DNA of 64,000 bases from a virus (taxonomy: Duplodnaviria; Caudoviricetes): IMG/VR virus record IMGVR_UViG_3300044608_000251, positions 1,395 to 65,394 of that record; one strand, given 5' to 3'. This document shows positions 19,201-29,449 of the stretch, in pieces. The notes beneath the pieces were generated by a model. The model saw only the letters and a list, made by a program, of their open reading frames with translations. It did not search any database and was not told where the DNA came from. Numbering within the stretch: the first letter of the stretch is position 1; every line of letters begins with the position of its first letter. Position numbers and translations under genes: made by a program.

Positions 19201-22200
19201 CTGATATAACGTAGTTACGAGCATCGGCTAAGAGCTGTGCCACATCATTGTCGCTTACATATGGCAGACCAAGACGCTTTAAAAAGTTACGGATCATGTT
19301 GTACAGCTTAGCCATGCCCTTTAGTTCTTTAACTTCAGGACCACCTGTTTCCTGCATATCGGCTAGTACTTCTTCAGTAGCCAAGTCTTTACCAAGGTCA
19401 GGGTTATCCTTTAGCTTAGCATCTGCCAGTTCACGTATTACTCTGTTTCCGGCATATATCTCACCCATAATCTTTGAGTAGCTACTGCCGAGAATAGACT
19501 GCAGTCCATAGTGTCCTGTTGCTTCATGGGCTATAGATTTAACTACGTCAGCAAGGTCGATTGCGTTGTCTGCAATAAGGATTACTGTTTTGGTTTTAGC
19601 GTCATAGAAAGCTGGTGCGTATTCTGCTTTAGCATCACGCATTGCTTTTTCAATAACAGGTCCTAGATCACTAACAGACTGCACGACACGAATTTCAGGT
19701 GCTCTAGTCCAGTTGGCTACGATTCGACCAACAAGTTTTTTAACTTCAGCCATAGGCAAGCCACCGACTTTACCAGCACGGATACGGAACTTGCTATCTG
19801 AAAGTTCAATTCTTAAGTTGCTAATCTCATCACGGAGATAGGCTTTTTCGTCTGGGTCAGTCTCTCTATGTAGACGGTCATTTAGTTCGGTTAAGCGTTC
19901 TCTTATAACCTTTACTGCTTCAGGATCTGGATTAATATCTTCTTCTGCAATGACTTCGGCAATGGGAGTTTGTACAGCAGGCTTAGTAGTCGTAGGCTTA
20001 ACTTTGGGTTTAGTAGCTTTAGGCTCAACTTTTTCTTCCTTTAATGCACTACGCTTATTCTCTTTTCGTACTCCAGGTCCTCCAGCAGGCCCCTTAGTAT
20101 CATCCACTCTTCCGGGTTTAGGTGCACTAGGTCCCTTGGCAGGTTTAGCGTCCCCCTGCTTTTTAGAAACCGAAACGCCTTTTCCACCTGTTTCACTGAC
20201 AGATCTAGCTCGAACTCTTCCACTTTCTGCTCCTTTTAATACTGCTCCACGTGGACCAAACATTTCTTGCTGCGTAGCTAATGCGTTAAACGCTTGCATT
20301 GCCATAGATTCTATTGCTTGTTTTGTAGCTGGTGCTAAGTTAGGGTTACTACGTATACCAGCTATAGTTCTACCTATGGCTACCTGGTCTTGGGGGTTAG
20401 CCATGTCCTTGTTAAGAAGTTGGCGGTAAAATCCTGACTGTTTACTGAGGCCGGTACTGTCTAGCAACGGAGCATCTAAGACCGTGCTGTACTCTACTTC
20501 TGGCACTGCTGCTTCTACAGGGGCTTCTGCAATACGTGGTTGCCCAACACCTTGCAAAGCTAATTGCTGTGGCTCTCTAGGTTTAGGTGTTCCTGCTGGA
20601 CCTTTCTCAGCCTTCTCTTTGATGCCAGTGATCTCTGGGGAAAGTTCATTTACAACTTCATTAGCTTGAGGTTGCTGCTCAGCCGCTAATAATGCAGCCT
20701 TTACATTGTCTGCTTTTTTAATTAATGCTTTTTCGGTGTCAGTTAGTTTAAGGCTAGCGTAACCAGCACGTTTTAAATTTTCTTGGAAAGCCGTTATTGT
20801 ATCTTGGATAGTCGGGTTATCTAAAACAGGGTGTAACAAGTCAAGACGTGCGGCTTCACGGCGGTTTATATCACCTTGGCGTACACGCTCATCAGTTAAA
20901 GAAATCTCATCATCAAGAATCTGTTTAGCAGTTTGGACACGGGCAATCTTTTCTTGTTGCTGTACAGCCGCTTCTTCCATGTACAACTGATTCATTTCTT
21001 GATTTTGCTGATCTTGCTGCGCTACCTGCATCTGCTCCGCAGTCATACCACCTTGCAAATCTAAACCTTGCTGTTGCTGTGCAGGGGGTTCTGGAGGTAC
21101 AGGTGCTGTTTGGGCAGCCATAGCTTCTTGAGCTTGACGAGCATCGTAAGGTGTAGCCTGACCAGCCTGTTCAAATATATCACCTTGTTGCTGTGGTATG
21201 GGGGCTGGTGGACCTTCTTGCGCTGCCGCTCGTTGTGCATCTGCTGCTATTTGCTGATCTTGTAAAGCTTTAGCTTCATTCTCTGCAATCTGCTGGTTAC
21301 GTAAGTCACGCTCTGCACGTGCTTGTAGTGCTGCGCCGGGAGCGCCATAGGTAGTACCACCAACTACACCTTTAACTGCCGATGTGATGATGCGGTCAAT
21401 GTTCTCAGGGGAGAAGTATTCTTGTTTATCACCAGCCATCTGCTCGCCAGCAATAGTAAGAACTTCTTGTAAGCCTTCTGTACCACCTTCACCAGCAGCA
21501 GTCTTAAGTAACTGCGCACCAAAAGCCTTTTTCCAAGTAGTTGGAACTACAGTTGATTTTTCAAGAAGCTGAGCAGCTAGTGCATTTTTACCTGCGGGTC
21601 CTAGCTGGCTAATGATTTTACTTGGTAAGTATGTATCTAATAAACCTACAACAGAACCAACAACTAAAGAAAGCCCAGGCTCAATACTACCTGTCTTCTC
21701 ATAGATACTTTGAAATACATCAGGCACGTTAGTTGCCATTGATGAACCAATTAAGCCTGTTTGCGAACCAATCCGTGCGCCTTCAGCTATAGCTTTTTTC
21801 TGGATACCTGCGTCTAATGCACGTGCGCTTAATCTATCACCAACTTCTTTAGCAGCTTCCCCAGTAACCCCACGCTTTGCGGCGTACTCGGCAGCATTAG
21901 CCGCAAGGGTTTTCTCTAAACCTTTTTTGGCAAGGTACTTACCACCAACTGCACCAACACCAGCACCTGTAAGCAAGCTAGCAATATTTGGGCCGAGTTC
22001 ACCAACGGTTTCTGCAGCAAAAGGAAGGATGTCCCCAAGACCTTGTACATCTTTGTAAGATTTATAGGCAACAGGACTTATAGCTTCTGCTTCAGCCATA
22101 CGGTCAGAGTACTCTTTTAGCTGTTCACGGGCATAGTCTTGTTGACCAAAAATAGCGCCGCCTAATGCTGGGATAAGGTCTAGTGCTGTACCTTTTAAGC

Positions 22201-22378
22201 CCTCAATACCACGAGAGAAACCACCTTTAAGTAATTCCCCAGTAGGTAAATCTCTTGGATCATACTTAGGTTGCAACGATTCTCGCTGCATAGTTTGTGC
22301 CCTAGACATGATTTCGTCACGGGTCATGGTATCAGGGAATTGTACGTCCCCAACACCAGGTATAGTTACACGTGGCAT
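16244..22378 (-). CDS. large polyvalent internal virion (ejection) protein
   Basis: 2044 aa; zincin-like IAHEATGH motif; last late gene, as is typical of podovirus ejectosome giants. Confidence 0.7.
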   Translation of the reverse strand: MPRVTIPGVGDVQFPDTMTRDEIMSRAQTMQRESLQPKYDPRDLPTGELLKGGFSRGIEGLKGTALDLIPALGGAIFGQQDYAREQLKEYSDRMAEAEAISPVAYKSYKDVQGLGDILPFAAETVGELGPNIASLLTGAGVGAVGGKYLAKKGLEKTLAANAAEYAAKRGVTGEAAKEVGDRLSARALDAGIQKKAIAEGARIGSQTGLIGSSMATNVPDVFQSIYEKTGSIEPGLSLVVGSVVGLLDTYLPSKIISQLGPAGKNALAAQLLEKSTVVPTTWKKAFGAQLLKTAAGEGGTEGLQEVLTIAGEQMAGDKQEYFSPENIDRIITSAVKGVVGGTTYGAPGAALQARAERDLRNQQIAENEAKALQDQQIAADAQRAAAQEGPPAPIPQQQGDIFEQAGQATPYDARQAQEAMAAQTAPVPPEPPAQQQQGLDLQGGMTAEQMQVAQQDQQNQEMNQLYMEEAAVQQQEKIARVQTAKQILDDEISLTDERVRQGDINRREAARLDLLHPVLDNPTIQDTITAFQENLKRAGYASLKLTDTEKALIKKADNVKAALLAAEQQPQANEVVNELSPEITGIKEKAEKGPAGTPKPREPQQLALQGVGQPRIAEAPVEAAVPEVEYSTVLDAPLLDSTGLSKQSGFYRQLLNKDMANPQDQVAIGRTIAGIRSNPNLAPATKQAIESMAMQAFNALATQQEMFGPRGAVLKGAESGRVRARSVSETGGKGVSVSKKQGDAKPAKGPSAPKPGRVDDTKGPAGGPGVRKENKRSALKEEKVEPKATKPKVKPTTTKPAVQTPIAEVIAEEDINPDPEAVKVIRERLTELNDRLHRETDPDEKAYLRDEISNLRIELSDSKFRIRAGKVGGLPMAEVKKLVGRIVANWTRAPEIRVVQSVSDLGPVIEKAMRDAKAEYAPAFYDAKTKTVILIADNAIDLADVVKSIAHEATGHYGLQSILGSSYSKIMGEIYAGNRVIRELADAKLKDNPDLGKDLATEEVLADMQETGGPEVKELKGMAKLYNMIRNFLKRLGLPYVSDNDVAQLLADARNYVISGTGAKPGSNALLQSRGLVYRNPTFRNNPAAPGVNGSDARSIFDSFVDTIEDAGVLSPARADALHEFLKNGIVGNARKAALSVLPVKALTEEAKRAGLNMAPQFNTINDEHSGYVDRLNKSIEPLIRKAEEWAKNALQSQIVLFNKVVYDSTTLRIDPTKAKKEETSQADYDQVVRDYNKLTPKAKQLYENMRDAYGAMYQEILDSIEDRINTFVADPEAKAKIKADILEKLSKRGQIDPYFALTRKGKYWLSYNLSTTRDGETTLEPYVEAYETERERRRQIELLREEGAEQIQEFSQLSDYKYRSAPSGSFVNKVLNVLEVNRPKEPNNPTPIEKVKYEKELKAYNDNAEEVMNLYLSTLPETSFAQSFQKRKETLGFRRDAIEALRDRMYNTSQQLGRMRYSAKLNKLLDDMREYAKAASRGLSDKDEQGNFLPAKDNKLLNDYIMMFEKHANFIINPKVSKISSMLNTIGFNYLLGFNISSAAVNLAQVPMVVAPYLAGEHGWGETMSAINNAYSVYLNSGYGKDARTVEMIGSGEKVKMKAMPAIDNYGADTAAGKKYATAIKVWADNGQLNRSQFYDVLEVDGRKNWASTLNATSGFAFHHGERMNRHVSLVAGFDLQMKKLADKIKKGELTQEQAEKQAANYAMHVTELTNGGVSAAGAPLIAKNNIGKVLFMFKRYGVSMYYMLFKVTRDALKGETPEVRRAAMRQIAGVYGTAALFSGLQGIPMFGVAAMVYNLFADDDEDDMETATRKYVGEFAYKGMLNYVTGAEVASRFSLSDLIFRSNPSASSHTFEQGLLETLGGPVYGVGSRIKRGLDMMNEGNMQRGVENVLPSSISNVMKSYRYGTEGAKNLRGDPIAEDLNAFSIGAQALGFAPADYVRQLEINAQVKGVEKSILQKKSKLLQQYNISKRMGDFEEATEHKQELLELNKKYPALDISQDTFTRSEAAFKAATKRTVKGVQFSEKLYKEMMQNASEYDK

Positions 22379-22387
22379 ACGTGATCC

Positions 22388-24862
22388 TTAATCTTCAGAA
22401 CTTAAAAGTCCACTACCCTTAGTACTCAAAGTTCTATATTTATTAATTGTATTTACATAGTCCATATCTACTAACTTTTTATATTGTGCATAAGCATTTT
22501 GATAAGACTTAGTTTTTGGGTTTGCTTTTAATAAATACTGGCTAGCTTGTGGGTCTATAGCATCTAATTGCTTAAGTATAGCAACATTACCTGCGGGATT
22601 AATTAAAGCCTCTTTATGTGCTTCATCTAGTTTATAAAGTACGTTCTGATTAATTGGACCTAAACCACCACCTGTACCCGTAGCTTTAGGAATTGGGTTA
22701 AGTGTTCTGAAACCTTGTGCAAGATTCTTATAAGTATCCGATTTGTAGTGTGGTACTTTAACTTGTGCTTCAGATTCTTTAAGGCTAAGCTCACGAGCAC
22801 CTCTACGCATCTCTGGAGTCTTAAGTTCAATACCAGCCAACTTCTCAGCTCGTTTTTCTTTAGAACCTTGAATACGTTGTAATTCTTGCTCGTAACTATT
22901 TAACGCTGTCTGACCCGCAGCATTAAGATTTGCCATAAGATACGGGGATTGTCCGCCACCAAGAGCTAAACTGCCTTTAAGCAATGCGCTAATGCCTGCC
23001 ATCTTTTGTGCTTTTTCATAATCCTCACCAGCACCACCAATTAAACGCTTAGCTTCTGCAAGTGCTTTATCTTCAACAGAATAATCTGTAGCAGGTAAGG
23101 TGTAATCTAAACTCGGCATAGCAAGGTTAGCTGTAGGAGCAGCGGGAGCGCCTGAACTTGTGGCTGTTTTTGCGTTTGGATGGATAACAATATCACCAGC
23201 AGGTAATACTGGCGCTGTTCGAAGTGCTGGAGTACCACCATAATAACCACCAGGTTGTGCATCTGCATCTGTAATAGCTTGACGTGGTGTAGTAAAGTAA
23301 CTACCTAACTCTTTTAGTTTTTTAATAATACCTATGTTTGGTATTGCATAGTCTCCAAAACGACTTAAATCTTCCCTAAAAGCCGATCTACCATCGCCGC
23401 CTTGGTAAAAACGTGGTACATCACCGCCTTGTTCAAAAGCAATAATGCCACCACCAGCAAATTGTTCTGGTAAATTAGATCTAGCTACGTCAATACCTTG
23501 AGGTGCGGCTTGTGCCATTTGTTGTGGCATCATTTGCGGTTGCATTTGTGGCTGAGCTTGAGCTTGTAATTGCGACAAGATAGAACCGGGTTGTTGTGCG
23601 CCAGCTTGTATAGCTTGTTGGTTTTGTAAGTTTTGTTTTTGTTTAGCAATAGTGTTAAGTGCTAATAAAGCAGATATGTCACCTAATACATTGTTTTGCT
23701 CACTAGTATTAATAGTATCTTCTGAATAATCAGTTGGATCATTAATTACGTCACGGTTAATAGAAGCAATACCGCCAGAAGCATAGCGTTTAACTTCACC
23801 ACCTTTATTAAATGCACCAGCCATTTTACCCAAAGCGTAACTGCTAAACAACGTACCGCCAAGACCTAATATTTGTGATAAGTCATTAGGACCAGCTTGA
23901 GTTGATTGTGTATTTTGTTGAGTGATAGGTAAACCAGACATCATGCCTTGTAAGAACTGTGTCTGTTGATAAGGGAACTGCTGTTGTTGTAAACCAAACT
24001 GATTCTTAAGTGAGAGTGCAGCCAGACGAGCTTGGGCTTCTTGAGACGCAATATTACCCAATGTACCACCAGCTTGAGTAGCACCAGCGTAACCTTGTTG
24101 TGCGCCGCCAACACCTTGTAATCCTATTTGTTGCCCTTGCATAGCGGTACCAAGTCCTTGTAAACCTACTTGCTGCCCCTGCATACCAATTTGCTGTCCT
24201 TGTAAACCTAAGCTAGCACCAAATTGTTGAGCCTGTTGAGCCTTATCAAAAGCACTTTGTTGTCCAGTAGCTTCGATACCAGCCAAACGGTTTTGTAAAC
24301 CACGGTTAGCTTCAGCTTGTTGTAATGTTAAACGGTTACCACCAAAAGCGCCAGCGCCAACGGACTGAGCCGCCATCTGAGGGGCTTGAATTTGATAGTC
24401 ACGAATTGCTTGTTGCTTCTGATAGTCCACCACGTTTTGCATGTAAGGAGACATATACTGCGCAATGGCGTTTGGATCGGTAGCTTGTTGTCCATACAGG
24501 TCTCCAGAACGGGCAGCAACTTGACCCATTGCAGAACCCATATCTCCGTACTTAGTACCTTGTGCGCCGTATTGAGCGCCTTGTTGACCGTATTGCAATG
24601 CTATTGGGGCTGTACTTAAAGACCCTCTACCACCAGCGGTAGCAAGCTCTGTTGCTGTAGCAAAACCTCCAGGAAGTTTTAATCCCGCCGCATCTACATA
24701 AGATTGGTTTAATAACTCAGGAGTTTGCTGATTAGCAACTAGACTCTGCGCTCTATTTAAGTAGTTACTAACGTATGGTTCTGCGTATGAAGATAACCCT
24801 TGGTTTGTAGTCTGTTGTGATGTAGGGCTAGAAGCTAGTCCTTTTGGATCAAAAATACCCAT
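22388..24862 (-). CDS. internal virion/ejection protein
   Basis: 824 aa, Gln/Gly/Ala-rich, YMSPYMQNVV...GAFGG motif, multiple [FY]xxGG repeats. Confidence 0.65.
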   Translation of the reverse strand: MGIFDPKGLASSPTSQQTTNQGLSSYAEPYVSNYLNRAQSLVANQQTPELLNQSYVDAAGLKLPGGFATATELATAGGRGSLSTAPIALQYGQQGAQYGAQGTKYGDMGSAMGQVAARSGDLYGQQATDPNAIAQYMSPYMQNVVDYQKQQAIRDYQIQAPQMAAQSVGAGAFGGNRLTLQQAEANRGLQNRLAGIEATGQQSAFDKAQQAQQFGASLGLQGQQIGMQGQQVGLQGLGTAMQGQQIGLQGVGGAQQGYAGATQAGGTLGNIASQEAQARLAALSLKNQFGLQQQQFPYQQTQFLQGMMSGLPITQQNTQSTQAGPNDLSQILGLGGTLFSSYALGKMAGAFNKGGEVKRYASGGIASINRDVINDPTDYSEDTINTSEQNNVLGDISALLALNTIAKQKQNLQNQQAIQAGAQQPGSILSQLQAQAQPQMQPQMMPQQMAQAAPQGIDVARSNLPEQFAGGGIIAFEQGGDVPRFYQGGDGRSAFREDLSRFGDYAIPNIGIIKKLKELGSYFTTPRQAITDADAQPGGYYGGTPALRTAPVLPAGDIVIHPNAKTATSSGAPAAPTANLAMPSLDYTLPATDYSVEDKALAEAKRLIGGAGEDYEKAQKMAGISALLKGSLALGGGQSPYLMANLNAAGQTALNSYEQELQRIQGSKEKRAEKLAGIELKTPEMRRGARELSLKESEAQVKVPHYKSDTYKNLAQGFRTLNPIPKATGTGGGLGPINQNVLYKLDEAHKEALINPAGNVAILKQLDAIDPQASQYLLKANPKTKSYQNAYAQYKKLVDMDYVNTINKYRTLSTKGSGLLSSED

Positions 24863-24865
24863 AAT

Positions 24866-26938
24866 TTATCCTTTTGGAAAAAATTTATTTGGATTGATTT
24901 GTTTGCCCTGCTTTGCATTACCAGTGCGGGCTTTACGAATCTGATCCATCATTTTATATAATTGCTTTGCGCCTGCATCCGTAGAACCATTACCTAAATG
25001 GCTAACAACATCAGCAGGAACTACAAACTCACCTTCAGCTAAACGGGCGGGTTGTTGACCCCCTATTGTAGCGGGAATATGGTCACTCATACCATCACCA
25101 GGGCCTTTTAACAGGTGCCCACCGTCTGAGTAAGAACCTAAATTAGTACCCCCACCTGCGGCTAATTCGGCTATACCACCTGCAGCCATACCTCTTCTTG
25201 GATTTATACCGTAGTTGTAAAGTAAAGGGTCAAAACCATAGTTCCCTTTAGAAGTCATATTCATAGACGCAAACGGGTTAGCAGAAGTAGGGTTATATGT
25301 AGGCATAGTATTGCCTTGCCCAGGATTAAATGGGATATAACTTGTAGTGCTTGAAGGACCCGCAGATGGCTGGCCACCTTGACCACCGCCACCAGACATC
25401 ATGTCCATTGCCATTTTAGCGGCAAGTGCTTGTTTAGCAGTTATACCAGCTCCGCCAGCTCCACCAACTAACGCACCCGTTGTAGGCACAGTTAAACCTA
25501 CAGGTACTCCAGTACCTAATGCTCCACCAGTAATTCCAAAAGTAGTACCTGCAGCGCCTGGAGCAGTCAAAGTACCTAAAGTAGAAGATGCGCCTGGAAC
25601 TGCACTAATACCAAACCCACCACCCCCTGCAGTGCTACCAAGAGCCGCACCTGGGCCAATTAATCCAGCAGCTCCCAATCCCGTGCCAGCAGCACCGACG
25701 GCAATAGCTAATGGAATCGCTGTTTCCATAAAAGAATCGAATCCACCTGACTTATTCCGATCATTATAAATAGGAACATAGTTACCGCTTTGATCCGTTA
25801 ACAATTTACCTGACTTGGTATCTACAAGATTTTCACCAACAAAGGTTTTATTAATATCAACTTTTTGACCATTAATATCTATAGTGTCATCTAACGGACC
25901 TGCCGCCAAATACTCCATGTTTCTATAGCCCTTACGTACTGCGTCTGGATGAGCCTTGTATTGTTCTTTATACCAAGATTGTCCGGGAATATAATCAACT
26001 GGACTACCATCAGCGTTTACAGTTAGTACACCGCCCTTATCATCTTGTAATAAATGTCTTTTTTGTCCACCTGCACCCGTTTCTGAATCTTGCCCAACAA
26101 CCTTAGAACCAATATGAAAAAACCCTTTAGGCACCTCAAACGGCGATTCTTCTACTTGGCTACCAGTTTCGCCGTCAAAATGCGCAATACCGCCTTGATT
26201 AAAAGGGATAGAATATCTGGCGTTAACCCCGTAAGGACGTTGTCCGTTAGGCATAGCTTTCATAGCTCTGTAAGCGCTAATATCTAAATTACCAGGGCCT
26301 ACCGGGGTGTTATATCCAACATCGTAAGCACCAGGCATTCCTCTAACTCCACGCTCTCCAGGAAGTGCTGCAGCTAAACCGGAAATACCAGCACGAGCCT
26401 CGCCGTCACCCATTTGTTTTTGAGCTTGTAATCTAAGCAATGCAGCTTGAATAGGGTTCATTGGGCGATCATCTAAACGTAAAGGCATATATCTTGGGTC
26501 ATACTTAGGGTCACCCGCCATTGCCATAGCCCGTACTTTTAAATCTTTTTCACTTTCGGGAGTATTTTTACCACCTTGATTATTTTGCACTCCGTTTAAA
26601 AGACCCTCCATACGAGACCGGGACATTGCATTTCTAACAGGGTCATGGGCATATCCATAAGCCGGATCCATATATGCAGTATTAGGGTAACCAAAACTAG
26701 TCTGTACACTACTACCGTCTTCTCCGTTATAACGAGCAATACCACCATCTGCAAATCTAGATACAGGTTGTCCAGTTAACGGGTTTATCGCTGGGTCATA
26801 ATCAGCCATAGCGGCTTGTGCGCCTAGTGGGACTTGTGTAGGGGTAGCGTAATAACTACGGTCGATCTGACTCCCGGGGTACATACCCTTGTTCATAAAG
26901 TCGTACTGTCCTAAATCGCCGATGCCGTTAGAAGCCAT
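24866..26938 (-). CDS. internal virion/ejection protein
   Basis: 690 aa; C-terminal GPGDGMSDHIPA...LAEGEFVVPADVV...G.GSTDAGA motif; xxGG repeats. Confidence 0.65.
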   Translation of the reverse strand: MASNGIGDLGQYDFMNKGMYPGSQIDRSYYATPTQVPLGAQAAMADYDPAINPLTGQPVSRFADGGIARYNGEDGSSVQTSFGYPNTAYMDPAYGYAHDPVRNAMSRSRMEGLLNGVQNNQGGKNTPESEKDLKVRAMAMAGDPKYDPRYMPLRLDDRPMNPIQAALLRLQAQKQMGDGEARAGISGLAAALPGERGVRGMPGAYDVGYNTPVGPGNLDISAYRAMKAMPNGQRPYGVNARYSIPFNQGGIAHFDGETGSQVEESPFEVPKGFFHIGSKVVGQDSETGAGGQKRHLLQDDKGGVLTVNADGSPVDYIPGQSWYKEQYKAHPDAVRKGYRNMEYLAAGPLDDTIDINGQKVDINKTFVGENLVDTKSGKLLTDQSGNYVPIYNDRNKSGGFDSFMETAIPLAIAVGAAGTGLGAAGLIGPGAALGSTAGGGGFGISAVPGASSTLGTLTAPGAAGTTFGITGGALGTGVPVGLTVPTTGALVGGAGGAGITAKQALAAKMAMDMMSGGGGQGGQPSAGPSSTTSYIPFNPGQGNTMPTYNPTSANPFASMNMTSKGNYGFDPLLYNYGINPRRGMAAGGIAELAAGGGTNLGSYSDGGHLLKGPGDGMSDHIPATIGGQQPARLAEGEFVVPADVVSHLGNGSTDAGAKQLYKMMDQIRKARTGNAKQGKQINPNKFFPKG

Positions 26939-26972
26939 AGTAATCCCTGATAATCTGTGTGAATTTTAACAT

Positions 26973-27293
26973 TTAAACCTTGACTTTCAAAACATTAGCG
27001 TTGGCTGTATCCATATATACATCTCCTACCCGTAGGTAGACCAAATCAGACTGTGTAGGTATGCTAACCACTCTAGCCCCTGTAACCACGTTAGCTTGAC
27101 TAAAATTCAATGCTGCAATAATCCTAGGGTCACCGTTTACCACATTACGCTGGGTAGACATAGAGCTTGGCCCAGGATTGTCTAATTGATTAAAATATAG
27201 GCGTAAAGTAGCATTAAGTTGTTCTTGGTATTGCTGGCTGTATTCCGTAGGAGCCGCAGGTAAGTTAGGGTTTTTAGTGGTTCCAGTACTCAT
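26973..27293 (-). CDS. tail-associated hypothetical protein
   Basis: PNLPAAPTEY...LRLYFNQLD; follows the nozzle gene. Confidence 0.6.
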   Translation of the reverse strand: MSTGTTKNPNLPAAPTEYSQQYQEQLNATLRLYFNQLDNPGPSSMSTQRNVVNGDPRIIAALNFSQANVVTGARVVSIPTQSDLVYLRVGDVYMDTANANVLKVKV

Positions 27294-29443
27294 CTTCTAC
27301 CATCCGGTCTAATATCAATACGTGGAGTACCCATCTGCCAAGACACGCCCAGCCCATCCGAGTAAATCCGCATCGCCATTTGACGACCACGAAGCCGGGT
27401 ATAGACCTGTCCTGTAAACTCTTGAATTGTGTATACAGGAACTGTACTAAAGTTATCAGCACTTTGAACGGGGTTTATATCTGCCGTATTATAGTTTGTA
27501 CCGCTGTTCTGGCGTGGACGCAACTGCATCGTTACCGTAGGCTGGTTTACGTTTGAGCCGTTAAAGTTAATATCAGGCAACATCCGCCATACATAACCAA
27601 AGTTATGCCCATCCCCAATATCAAAGTCCGAAGATTGAACATAGGAAACAATAGGTACTGTCGTTGCGGTAGAAGAGTCATCATTACCAAGTTCGTGGTA
27701 AATAATAGTTCCTGTTGGATTTCCAAGCTCATCAACACCGTTAATAAATGCGCCCATAGGATTTTGTCTAATACCAGAATCTAACCAAGAAGTGCGGTTT
27801 AAAGAACCGTAATACCATACACGGTCTAAGTAGTTATAGATTACATACTTATCAACCACAGTGCTATTTACGGAACAATAATACCACCAGATTTCATTAA
27901 ATCCTTCGTTAGATCCACAAGTTACTTGCCATGATTGGTCTTTATTAATATCGGCAAAAACATACTGACGTAGTGCGCAAGGCAATGTTTCTACACGACC
28001 AGAGTACATATAGAACTTATCAGCACCCATCCAGTAACTAACACCATTCACCGTAATAATAGAGTTTGGACCCATAATTGAGATGTTATCCATCAATACA
28101 GTAAAGCCCCATACATACGGAGGTCCAAGATACTGCATAGAATAAATAGTAGAGTCAGTAAGAACTAAGATTTCTTGGCGGGTAAAAATAGACGTTACAA
28201 TAAAAGAACCGTGTGATAGTCGGAACTCACCAGCCTGATTAGTAATCTCAGGTTCCCATTGGTAGGGGTTTTCTTGGTCAGACCAACGTACCAGCATAGG
28301 ATCAAATGGTGTTAATGGGTCTGCAGGGTTGTAGGAGTTAGCCCCCATAGCAATAACAAAACGTTGAATATCAGAAGACACCACTTCATTAGTAGCGTTT
28401 GGAACCCATTGCCCGCTAGTAGCTACTGCTACGTTAGCCAAAGACGCTAAAGATTGACCCCTAAACTGCGTACCTAAAGCTGCATCCCAATAATATATCT
28501 GCCCACCACGAGGAGCAAAGACTAAATCCTCACCAAAGTTATCTGCAGACCATAAGCGAAGTTGTGAACCTACTGTTTGCGGTGCAGCATTACCCCAACC
28601 GTAAAAACTCCAAGGACCAGCACCCCAACCATTACCAAACGTAAATACATCCAGACCTACAGGAACTAGGTAGTCAACCGTAATGTTATTGCCCCCACCA
28701 GCATCTACTTTCGACGTAGTAAAGGTAATATTAGTAAGATTTGTATCTGCTGTAGTTAAAGCTGGAGCATACCAATAGCTTGTCCCATATTCAAATACTT
28801 GATGTTCTTGATTAATAACGTTTGCAGTTAACCCACCAACGGCTGTACAGTTGGACATAATTAAAAAGTCTCTAGTGTTAGAAACGTTATTAGCATCAAA
28901 GAATTGGAAGTATCCGCTTGCTATGTTAGCACCAGCAGTATGGGTTGCAGCAGTTGTATTATTAAATCCACGAACACAATCAACAGCTACGTTTGCCGTA
29001 ATAGTATTATAGTAAATCTGCTCGCTATCAATCTTCATTACCCCAGCTTGAGGTGCAAAATAAGCGGCATTTGTTAGCGAGATTGTAGTTGTGTTAATTG
29101 TGACATTAGCTACTAAAGTTGTAAATCCTGTAGAGATAGTGTTGTTATAGGTTGTTCTACCAATAATAGGTGTAATGTCATAATAGAAACCACCAGACTC
29201 AACATAGAATTTAAGGTTTGTGCCAATACCAAGGTAGTTAAATCCAGCCAAAGTAGCCCAGTTCCAAATAGAACGAGCAACACCTAAGAATCTATTAGCA
29301 CTTAGCCGAATCCAACCACCTAGCTTTTCTGGAAAGCCAGAACGAAACCGAATTTTATCGCCGTCAAAATACCCACCCTCATTGCTGTAATCGGTGCCTT
29401 CTCGGTTTAAACCAGGTCGTAATTGTATTTTTTGTAATGGCAT
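27290..29443 (-). CDS. tail nozzle / tubular protein B (packaged-DNA stabilisation-like)
   Basis: 717 aa, beta-propeller-like WSDQE and EIWWYY motifs, C-terminal RPDGRR. Confidence 0.65.
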   Translation of the reverse strand: MPLQKIQLRPGLNREGTDYSNEGGYFDGDKIRFRSGFPEKLGGWIRLSANRFLGVARSIWNWATLAGFNYLGIGTNLKFYVESGGFYYDITPIIGRTTYNNTISTGFTTLVANVTINTTTISLTNAAYFAPQAGVMKIDSEQIYYNTITANVAVDCVRGFNNTTAATHTAGANIASGYFQFFDANNVSNTRDFLIMSNCTAVGGLTANVINQEHQVFEYGTSYWYAPALTTADTNLTNITFTTSKVDAGGGNNITVDYLVPVGLDVFTFGNGWGAGPWSFYGWGNAAPQTVGSQLRLWSADNFGEDLVFAPRGGQIYYWDAALGTQFRGQSLASLANVAVATSGQWVPNATNEVVSSDIQRFVIAMGANSYNPADPLTPFDPMLVRWSDQENPYQWEPEITNQAGEFRLSHGSFIVTSIFTRQEILVLTDSTIYSMQYLGPPYVWGFTVLMDNISIMGPNSIITVNGVSYWMGADKFYMYSGRVETLPCALRQYVFADINKDQSWQVTCGSNEGFNEIWWYYCSVNSTVVDKYVIYNYLDRVWYYGSLNRTSWLDSGIRQNPMGAFINGVDELGNPTGTIIYHELGNDDSSTATTVPIVSYVQSSDFDIGDGHNFGYVWRMLPDINFNGSNVNQPTVTMQLRPRQNSGTNYNTADINPVQSADNFSTVPVYTIQEFTGQVYTRLRGRQMAMRIYSDGLGVSWQMGTPRIDIRPDGRR

Positions 29444-29449
29444 TTGGGT

